From the NCBI RefSeq assembly GCF_006345805.1, contig NC_043003.1, positions 108,004,001 through 108,068,000 of the forward strand: 64,000 nucleotides of DNA, read 5' to 3'. The position numbers were made by a program, and so were the translations under genes. Shown piece by piece: positions 53,180 through 64,000 of the stretch. Position 1 is the stretch's first letter, and each line of letters opens with the position of its first letter. This stretch comes from Octopus sinensis (lineage: Eukaryota). A model generated the notes under the pieces. It searched no databases. It saw only the letters and a list, made by a program, of their open reading frames with translations, and had not been told where the DNA came from.

Positions 53180-53872
53180 TAATAATAATAATGATTTAAT
53201 GTTGCTTTGATGTCACATAATGTAAGACATTTTAACTTAACCAACTTAGATTTAAGTGTCATCAATAAGCAGCTTTGATATTAGCCATATCCTTGCTTTT
53301 TCGGGCTTTAAGAATTTATTTGAGGCAATCTTAGTGTTGTTAGCTAATTGTTTTTGTAGCAAATATTTGTCACTACCAGTGTGTTTTAAAATTAAATAAG
53401 TTCACAACGGAAATTTATTCAGCAAACAAACTGAGAAAAGAGTAAGCTAATACAATATCCAGAACCAGATGTTTATGATAAATTTGCATCGTAGTTCGCC
53501 AACGTCATCCGACTGCTTTAGGCAAGCTGTTTTGTACGTTTAAACAGCCAGCATATGTCCACGCCGATTGTTTACTGCGCTTTCGTATTTGTTAACAGCA
53601 GAACACGTGACAAAATAAACAATTGTTTGGGGGAAATAAAAATGGCTAAGGTATTACCCGTCATATGACTGCTAACTTAGGAAGTGTACTTTTGCCATCA
53701 TAACAGTTTCGAGAAATAAGGTATAAATACAATAATTACAGTCTATCTTCTATCAAACTTTTTGGTGCTTATACACAATAATGCAATGAATACTTGAGTT
53801 CAAAGGAAAAATATTACCTTAAAATGAAATTAAGATGGGAAAATTTCTCACTTGTGAAACTTCTATTACTAA

Positions 53873-54395
<523 letters not shown>

Positions 54396-54493
54396 GGTGG
54401 AACGGATGCTATAATGTAAGACGTAAATTCTAGCCAGCGTTTTGTATAAATCGATGAACATTAGTGGGAAGAGGAAGTAATATAAACAAATAC

Positions 54494-54555
54494 CTTCAAC
54501 AATTCGGTTGGATGGATAAAAGTTGATCCGTTATCGGAAGATAATCGAAGGGTAT
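54494..54555 (-). CDS. Weak candidate exon (phase 1->0): [20 protein letters not shown]
   Basis: Donor AAG|gtattt, weak acceptor; unique island between microsatellites. Confidence 0.2.
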
Positions 54556-54723
54556 CTATTTTGCCGATAAAATCAATTCAGCTGTCTGTATTTCAATCGT
54601 ATTTCTACCAAAACCGTTGCGGGTATAGATTCTAGCTTACGTTTGAAAAGTAAAATGAAAAGCAACATAAATACCTAGCGCCATGAGTGTATATGCCCGC
54701 TTGCCTGTTTGTGTATGTTCCTA

Positions 54724-56050
54724 AGTATGTTTGAATGTATGTATGTATGTATGTATGTATGTATGCATGTATGTATGTATGTATGTATGTATGTATGTAT
54801 GGTATGTATGTATGTATGTATGTATGTATGCATGTATGTATGTATGTATGTATGCATGTATGTATGTATGTATGTATGTATGCATGTATGTATGTATGTA
54901 TGTATGTATGTATGAATGTATGTATTTATATAAGTATGTATGTATGTATGTATGTATGCATGTATGTATGTATGTATGTATGCATGTATGTATGTATGTA
55001 TGTATGTATGCATGTATGTATGTATGTATGTATGCATGTATGTATGTATGTATGCATGTATGCATGTATGTATGTATGTATGCATGTATGTATGTATGTA
55101 TGTATGTATGTATGAATGTATGTATTTATATAAGTATGTATGTATGTATGTATGTATGCATGTATGTATGTATGTATGTATGCATGTATGTATGTATGTA
55201 TGTATGCATGTATGTATGTATGTATGCATGTATGTATGTATGTATGCATGTATGTATGTATGTATGCATGTATGTATGTATGTATGTATGCATGTATGTA
55301 TGTATGTATGTATGCATGTATGTATGTATGTATGTATGCATGTATGTATGTATGTATGTATGTATGTATGTATGCATGTATGTATGTATGTATGTATGTA
55401 TGTATGCATGTATGTATGTATGTATGTATGCATGTATGTATGTATGTATGCATGTATGTATGTATGTATGTATGCATGTATGTATGTATGTATGCATGTA
55501 TGCATGTATGTATGTATGTATGCATGTATGTATGCATGTATGTATGTATGTATGCATGTATGTATGCATGTATGCATGTATGTATGCATGTATGTATGTA
55601 TGTATGCATGTATGTATGTATGTATGTATGTATGTATGCATGTATGCATGTATGTATGCATGTATGTATGCATGTATGTATGTATGTATGTATGCATGTA
55701 TGCATGTATGTATGCATGTATGTATGTATGTATGCATGTATGCATGTATGTATGCATGTTTGTATGTATGTATGCATGTATGTATGTATGTATGCATGTA
55801 TGTATGTATGTATGTATGTATGTATGCATGTATGTATGCATGTATGTATGTATGCATGTATGTATGCATGTATGTATGTATGTATGCATGTATGTATGTA
55901 TGTATGTATGTATGCATGTATGTATGTATGTATGTATGCATGTATGTATGCATGTATGTATGTATGTATGTATGTATGTGTGTATGTATGTATGTATGTA
56001 TGTATGTATGTATGTATGTATGCATGTATGTATGCATGTATGTATGTATG

Positions 56051-56082
<32 letters not shown>

Positions 56083-56385
56083 TGCATGTATGTATGTATG
56101 TATGTATGTATGTATGTATGTATGTATGTATGTATGTATGTATGCATGTATGTATGTATGTATGTATGTATGTATGTATGTATGTATGTATGTATGTATG
56201 TATGTATGTATGTATGCATGTATGTATGTATGTATGTATGTATGTATACATGCATGTATGTATGTATGTATGTATGTATGTATGTATGTATGTATGTATG
56301 CATGTATGTATGTATATATGTATGTATGTATATATGTATGTTGTATGTATGTATGTATGTATGTATGTATGTATGTATGTATATA
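54724..56385. repeat. ~1.65-kb (TATG)n array with interspersed CATG units
   Basis: Directly visible; source of the 300-590 aa pseudo-ORFs. Confidence 0.98.
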
Positions 56386-56692
56386 CGCTTATACATGGAA
56401 ACATACACACGTGCATACATACATCTGTATATGTTTATATATCTTCCTTCTTCATCAGCCTTCTATTATTTCTTTCTGTCAAAGAATCGTGACCATACTG
56501 GAGTAAAGTCTTGAAGGATTTAATTGAATCAGATCAACGCCAGTACTTATTCTAAGTCTTGTACTTATTCCATCAATGTGTTTTTGTTGGAGCGCTGTAT
56601 GATATTACGGGGACGTACACAAAGCAACAGCGGTTGCCAACGAGTGCAGGAAGACAAAAATTCACATTCATATTACATCTATAATACACACA

Positions 56693-56775
<83 letters not shown>

Positions 56776-56793
56776 GCACTTGTGTGTATATAT

Positions 56794-56830
<37 letters not shown>

Positions 56831-56891
56831 TGTATGAATATATGCACATATATGTATATGTATATATATATATGTATGTATGTATGTTATG

Positions 56892-57438
56892 TCAGGTCAC
56901 TTTCGAGTGCTACTGGTAACATGTAACCCAGTACAACCTGTTGCATGGTCGGGCCGTCGGCATCTAAACCGGCAACCCCACCACCTTGGTGAGGAGGGTG
57001 TTTATTGGTCACCCTGCGGGATGAAAAACAAAATCCGTCAAAGGGCGGAGGAACTCTTGAGAGTCAACGGCCATCCAATAAATGTCTTAAGGCTGTATCA
57101 TGCGCGGGGACATAGAAATAATCGGATTGAATACCCGATCGCGCGGTTAAACCATTGGGAGTGAAGGACTCCTAGCCTTTGTCAGGGCATCCTTTTAGGA
57201 GAAGGTAACTCAGATAACTGGGATAACTCCGACATAAAACCTGCGGCTCAGTGGTTACCGATGATGTTGACTTGTTGTTCTTTCCGGATTATGGCAGCTG
57301 TTGCTTTGTGAGTGGGATTGACTCAGTGCACAGCCTTTCCTCACTTTAAAAAAAATCTTCTTGCACAGGCATTGCGCGATAACAACATTGATTAAGCTTC
57401 GTGCAATGGCCATACTCGATAACGAGGGGGCAGCCACC
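56892..57438 (+). mobile_element. Non-autonomous retroelement with RTE-5'UTR-like motif, embedded in (TATG)n
   Basis: GC-richer non-coding block containing tccttttaggagaaggtaactc; ends gcagccacc-atgtatgtatg. Confidence 0.5.
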
Positions 57439-57491
57439 ATGTATGTATGTATGCATGTATATGTGTGTGTGTGTGTGTGTATCCGCAATAC

Positions 57492-57569
57492 ATTGGAACG
57501 ATACAGAGAAGATTAGCATGGGCCCTGCGCAAGGATGATGCGCAAATACGTGAAGCCTTCCATATTTTT
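57492..57569 (+). pseudogene. U6: U6 snRNA pseudogene, 5'-truncated
   Basis: attggaacgatACAGAGAagattAGCatgggccctgcgcaaggatgatgcgcaaatacgtgaagccttccatattttt matches the 3' ~78 nt of canonical U6 with ~5 substitutions. The 5' stem-loop is absent. Confidence 0.92.
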
Positions 57570-57899
57570 AAACCTTCCATTTATAAATGTTCTAAAATCT
57601 ACACCCCCTTGGTTTTTTATCTCATTACGGAAAAAAAAAATAATATACACACGCTGTATCTATATATCTATATATATAACTTGTACTCTGCAATATTATA
57701 GAGTAATCGCTTACATAATTATAAAATTGGTTTTATTATAACTAAACATAAATGTAAACATATACATACATATATACATACACACACACACGCACTCACA
57801 CGCCCCCCCCATATGTATACGGTGGCTCCCCGCGGACTCTTTGTCTGTGAAGTCCAGTCGAATAGGTAATGATTGGCACGTTATATTTTGGATGACCTG

Positions 57900-58236
57900 A
57901 GTCTGAGCCCCACTTCGGTCACGACATTGACCAAGGGATTGCACCTAGAAAGTTATCCTCCGAGGCACAAGTCCGGCCAAAGTTGTTTATGGAAGACCAG
58001 CAGTCGCCCATGCATACCGGCCTCCCCTCTCTGCGCCCCCAGTGTTATTCAAGGAAAAGGCAAAGGCTGATACAGCTTGGCACCTGTGATGTCGCAACTC
58101 ATTTCTACAGCTGAGTGAACTGGAGCAACGTGAAATAAAGGGTCTTGCTCAAGAACACAACACGCAGCCCGGTCCGGGATTCGAGTTGACAACCTCACGA
58201 TCGTAAGCTCGACGCTCTAACCACTGAGCCATTGCT
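57900..58236 (-). mobile_element. tRNA-derived CORE-like SINE
   Basis: Reverse complement starts tggctcagtggttagagcgtcgagcttacgatcgtgagg..tcgaatcccgg; contains ttcttgagcaagaccctt. Confidence 0.87.
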
Positions 58237-58594
58237 CAAGGAATCGTGCATGATTACTCTAAACAATATGCTTGCATGTATGTTTGTATGTATGTATGTA
58301 TGTATGTATGTATGTACGCATGCGTGCTTGTATGTATATTTACATGCATGTACGTAGCGAATGTACGCATGTACTATGTATATACTTGTATGAATGTACG
58401 TATGTTTGTTGGAATATGGAAACGAAGGACTAAGAGACTGTTCATTAGATATAGAACTGATTCTTTCACTGAATGCTAAAACTTCTCTTCCACTGACATT
58501 CTCACAGTGTTTCTCATTCCCATAAGATACACCCCTCCACATATACACATCGACATATTGTAGTCAATATATTTTTTGTCCTTCTTTCACTCAA

Positions 58595-58690
<96 letters not shown>

Positions 58691-58905
58691 TTCTATTTCT
58701 CTCTTTATTTACTGCTAATTTTGATGCAATATTTTAGTTCGAAACATCAGGGAAATGCAATAAATCTATCTCCATAAATCGTGCCGTTTTGCATTCAAAT
58801 CCATTCATACATACACACATACGTAGCTACGCAACAATTATTTATTTATTTATACGCACACTCTCTTATTCTTTCCTTCTGTTACACGCATATACGTACG
58901 TATAC

Positions 58906-58942
<37 letters not shown>

Positions 58943-60669
58943 GTGCGTGCGTGCATTTGTGTATATATGTATATGTATAATTATGTATATACATATACAT
59001 ATATGTAATATATATATATAAATATATAAATGTATGTGTGTGAGTGTGTGTGTATATATATATATGTCTATATATATATATATATATATATATAATAAAT
59101 ATATATATATATATATAATAAATAATATATAATACACGCACGTACACACACACACACACACACATACACATATATCCATATATGGGCACAGGACGCCACC
59201 AACGGTGCAGAAAGCAGGAAATACGTAAACAACGAGACAAAGAACGAGAATTGCAATGGAAAACAGGACAAGCAAACGCAGCGAGAGCACCCTTCATCAG
59301 TTGTCGGTTGTCTATCTACTCCTCATTTCGAGCATACAACGACAATATGAGTCTTCAAAGACAGCTGCTCCCATAAATTCTAAAATACAATTTGGCATTT
59401 ATGGAAGGTCGAAGTTGGGAACAAAAACATGACAGCGCAGACACCTAAGGAAACCGAACGAAAACAAACATGAATGGTCGTTAGACCGTGAACGAGAGAA
59501 AAATAGTATGTGTGTGTGGTGTGTGTGTGTGTGTGCAGGCGCTTGTGTACATGTGCAAATGCCTTATCTTAAAGATCGCGTATTAGGCTGTCCCGTTGAG
59601 CTTTGCATATTTGTATATCTTGATTATCTTGGTGCTTGTCCTTGTGTATCCCTTCTGCACACACGTACACAAGCACAATCACACGCACACATCATACACA
59701 CATATATCACTTGTCTTATGTGTCTTTAGAGAATTTATATGCCGAATTTCAGCGCTAATGCCGCCTAAAAACTAGTCCGTTTTCTTATCTGATAAACAAA
59801 CTTATGCAGTATTTTATACTTTCGTAAATATCGATTTATTCACGTAAATCCATTGTTCATGGTTTAAATCGGATTCGAAACATTTTCAGCGGTAGTGAAA
59901 AAGAACTAAAAACTAATTTGCTGCTGTATTTAACGAGTATCGGCTGTGTCCCTTGGCGATCTATGATATACAACTGAAAGTCGCAAGTCAGTCTAGGTGT
60001 AAATCAAATTAAAATTCGCACTTGCAATTGTAATTATTTAACTATAAAATTGTCAATAAAATTTACAATAGCATTAAAAATATATTTTGAAAAATGATTT
60101 TCGTAAAATAACTTAAATTTTTTTCTTTTACATGTTTTGGTCATGCTGCAGCACTGCCTTGAAGTGTTTAGTCGAACAAACCGATCTCGCAATTTATTCT
60201 TTTTAAACCCGGTACTTACGTCGAACCGCTAGGTTTCAGAGATATAAACAAACCAACACCGGTGTCCAGCGCTGGTGGTGGACAAACTCAAACATAAATA
60301 CACACACACACACACACACTTATATATATATACCCATGCATACATGCACACACACATACGACATGATCCTCTAAGTTTCCGTCTACCAAATCCACTCTCA
60401 ATGCTTTAGTTGGCTCGGATCTATAATAGAGGGCATTCATCGAAGTTGCTACGCAGTGATACTGAAACGGGATCCATGGAGTTGTGAAACAAACTACTTA
60501 CCACACAGCCACGCCTGCACCTATTCTTTATAAATTCTACAAAAGTGTATAAAATATATTAGAAACCAAGTGGTTTTCGCAAAATAACTATAGAGTGTAA
60601 ATGTATTCTGGATTTAACTTCACTTACTTATAACTAATTATTTACGAGGGAAATAGAACACACATTCAC

Positions 60670-60852
60670 ATTCATTTATATTGGAAACTACAATCAGAAG
60701 TCTGCTTCTGAAAGCAAGTTCATTTGTGATTTTTAAAATCATCTTTGAAAGTCTTTCAGGGGATAGGGAAGAAAACACTGAGAATTCATTTACTAAAGTG
60801 TTACTACAATAAGCTGCAAAAAGCTCCCGACTTCTTTTTCTTGAGTGTCTAA
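60670..60852 (-). CDS. Weak candidate exon (183 nt, phase 1->1): RHSRKRSRELFAAYCSNTLVNEFSVFSSLSPERLSKMILKITNELAFRSRLLIVVSNINE
   Basis: Strong acceptor ttttgtttacag, 61-codon open frame in AT-rich DNA, weak donor gtgaat. Confidence 0.28.
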
Positions 60853-61309
60853 CTGTAAACAAAACTATAAAAAGAAAACCGAAAGCAAACTGAATATCAC
60901 TGAACATGAAATTGAAATTTTAACTTAGAGTTGTGATTCATAAACTGAAATGTTATGAACAGAATTTACAAAAAGATTTGAAAATATGTTAAAATAATCA
61001 CTGGCATACCAAAGATTTCAGTTAAAACGTAGCTACGAAATTTTTATGCCGAATGTTGGTACTTTACATTGATTAAAAATTCGAAAATCTTCGTCTCATA
61101 TGATAGAGAGTGTTCTCACATATTTACCTTCATATCGCCACCCAAAATATCCATTTCTTCAAGCAAACCCATATTTGGAATTTGGTAAAATTGGATAGGT
61201 TTTGAATAAAATCCGATTTCAAGCTTTTTCATGGGATTTTGCTGTATATAGATTTTTCCTAAATCAATTATTCCTGGAATATGTTATCAATTCGATTTCA
61301 ATTTTACAT

Positions 61310-61346
<37 letters not shown>

Positions 61347-61577
61347 CGAGGGCGTATGTGTGCGTATGTATGTATGTGCGTTTATAAGTATGCATGTGTA
61401 TACATCTATGTGTGTGTGTGTTAGTGTTTGTGAGTGTGATTGGAATTCGAAATAAGCAAGCTGCATTATTTTTTGTTTTATTTCATTTTTTATGGCTTCT
61501 TTCTATTTCAAAGATTAAAGTTCCTTTAAAAAGAAAGTTTATAAATCTGTTTTTCTTAATTTCTTCTTCTGTTTTTG

Positions 61578-61619
<42 letters not shown>

Positions 61620-61624
61620 TATAT

Positions 61625-61677
<53 letters not shown>

Positions 61678-62169
61678 ATTCCTATGTCCTCCGTTTTTAT
61701 AGATGATTTATATCGAAATTTCTTTTCTGAATTATATGCTTGAAACGTTGGAGATTACAATTTCTGCATTGTGTTTTACATGTGTATGTGCGTGTGTATA
61801 TGTGTGTCTGTCTGTGTGTATGTATGCATGTATTTATTAGCGTGCGTGGCCGAATGCTAAGAGCATTGTACTCACGATCATGCCATCGTGGTTTCAGTTC
61901 CTGGACTGGGTTTAGCGTTGTGTTCTTTAGCAAGGAACTTCATCTCACGTTCCTCTGTCATCCGTACAACATCAGATATGTGATACACTGTGAACTTGTT
62001 CAGCCGACGTCGATTTTGAGTAGGGAATGCGCTACTGTACAGCACATACATTTGATTGCTATACACAAACCACTTGTACAGCTTGTTTAGCAAGAAATTC
62101 TAGAAACGCCTTTCTTGGACTACAAGAGGCTACCATCATCATATATCATATCATATCATATGTATATAC

Positions 62170-62235
<66 letters not shown>

Positions 62236-62278
62236 ATATATACATACATACACATACACACACATATATATATATGTG

Positions 62279-62332
<54 letters not shown>

Positions 62333-62345
62333 AATATATATATAC

Positions 62346-62412
<67 letters not shown>

Positions 62413-62637
62413 CTGGTGATTGCTCTACATTTAAAAATTGATGTAATATTTGCATTGTTCAATTAAATGGAGTCGCATGAAACCATCGTACTGCATTACC
62501 TCTGGATATCCTTGTTGCTTATTTTGATTATAATCACCCCATTTTGAATATATGGATAATACCATACTAAATTCTGGTGCCTTTAACTTAAGTACCATAT
62601 TCAACTGAATCTAAATTTTACTGAACCTATATATATA

Positions 62638-62683
<46 letters not shown>

Positions 62684-62684
<1 letters not shown>

Positions 62685-62719
62685 ACACTTTGATCTTACC
62701 CAAAATGCCGAGAAGCGAT
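62684..62719 (-). pseudogene. U2: U2 snRNA 5' fragment (36 nt)
   Basis: Reverse complement ATCGCTTCTCGGCATTTTGGGTAAGATCAAAGTGTA is the U2 5' end with 2 substitutions, truncated at the branch-point recognition sequence. Confidence 0.88.
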
Positions 62720-62822
62720 ATGCATATATATACATACATGTACACACACATATATATATACACGCATGCACACACACGCACATAGTCATGTATGATCGCA
62801 CACACATCTACCTCCTATTCTT

Positions 62823-63240
62823 ATTTCTTTATTTCCCACAAGGGGCTAAACATAGAAGGGAAAAACAAGGACAGACAAACGGATTAAGTCGATTACATCG
62901 ACCTCAGTGCGGAACTGGTACTTAATTTTATCAACCCCGAAAGGATGAAAGGCAAAGTCGACCTCGGCGGAATTTGAACTCAGAACGTAACAGCAGACAA
63001 AATACCTTTCTTTACTACCCACAAGGGTTAAACACAGAGAGGACAAACAAGGACAGACAAACGGATTAAGTCGGTTATATCGACCCCAGTGCGTAACTGG
63101 TACTTATTTAATCGACTCCGAAAGGATGAAAGGCAAAGTCGACCTCGGCGGAATTTGAACTCAGAACGTAACGGCAGACGAAATACGGCTACGCATTTCG
63201 CCCGGCGTGCTAACGTTTCTGCCAGCTCACTGCCTTTGTC
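62823..63240 (-). mobile_element. Dimeric Nin/Deu-like SINE
   Basis: Same dimer junction as 12930; TSD tcctattctt at 62813-62822 and 63245-63254. Confidence 0.9.
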
Positions 63241-63269
63241 TAGTTCCTATTCTTGTCAGAGAAATACAT

Positions 63270-63443
63270 AATGCTTTAAAGCTGGCAAAGCAAGTAAAAG
63301 CTCAGGAAAAGATGGCATACCAACAGAAACGCGGAGGGATGGAGGAGAGCAATTGTGGAAAATCCTCATTCTAAGTTACAATTGATATTTGAAAGAGGAC
63401 AAAATACCCTTTCTGTGGAAGGTGTCGAATACTATATTACTTT
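63270..63443 (+). mobile_element. RTE-type LINE RT N-terminal fragment
   Basis: KSSGKDGIPTE...GGEQLWKIL...KIPFLWKVSNTILL. Confidence 0.7.
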
Positions 63444-64000
63444 ACTAGCACTATGACCCGGCAACGCTAGTGCATGTATATACAGCTGCGTGCGTGCGCA
63501 CATACACGCGAGTACTGTCCAAATCTCCGACCAATCACGTACAGCTAGCTGGCATCCAATTGGCGTATCACTTCAAAGTGATGCATCAACATGGACGCCG
63601 CCCAAACGCACTGAAACCAGGAAAAAAGGAAAAAAAGAATACATAATTTTATATAAATGTAAATATAAATTTAATTACGAATATATATATATAAATACAT
63701 ACATACACAGATAAATACACACATATATATATGTATATTTAATTACGAAACTTGATTGAAGTTGATCATTTTCGATAGTTAAATTAATGTTAGCGTATTT
63801 AATCTAGTGAGCATCGAAACTCTAATTAGAAATATTTAAGTAGGGAGATCTACTTAATTTGAAAATTAGATAACACACTTAGACACCCCCAACCACTTAC
63901 ATTATATATATATACTTACAGTTACGGTGAAAGTTGTATGCATCAGTGTGTAGGTTCAACATTAAATACTAGAATAATATAGAATAAGAAACGTCAAGCA

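Noticed and set aside
54675-56514. 300-590 aa ORFs in all six frames
   Set aside because: (TATG)n contains no stop codon in any frame; not genes.
57492-57569. Functional U6 gene
   Set aside because: Lacks the 5' stem-loop and upstream promoter; substitutions in the internal stem-loop.

Overview
Eukaryotic, AT-rich, repeat-saturated genomic DNA. The SINE families, LINE repertoire and extreme microsatellite density point to an octopus genome (inference, not database-checked). Nearly all long ORFs in the supplied track are translations of (TA)n/(TG)n/(TATG)n repeats. Recognisable content is: five decayed L1/Tx1-type LINE copies; three R4/Dong-type REL-endonuclease LINEs, two of them sitting in microsatellites; a BovB-like RTE; a Ty3/Gypsy pol relic; Penelope GIY-YIG, Chapaev3-like and Helentron-like pieces; many tRNA-derived SINEs, several with clear TSDs; U2 and U6 snRNA fragments; and a 100-N gap. 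The most interesting non-repeat signal is a chain of small, phase-compatible GT-AG exons on the minus strand (~12-37 kb, possibly to 61 kb). It encodes an unrecognised protein and has one frame break. No prokaryotic-type system or CRISPR array is present.
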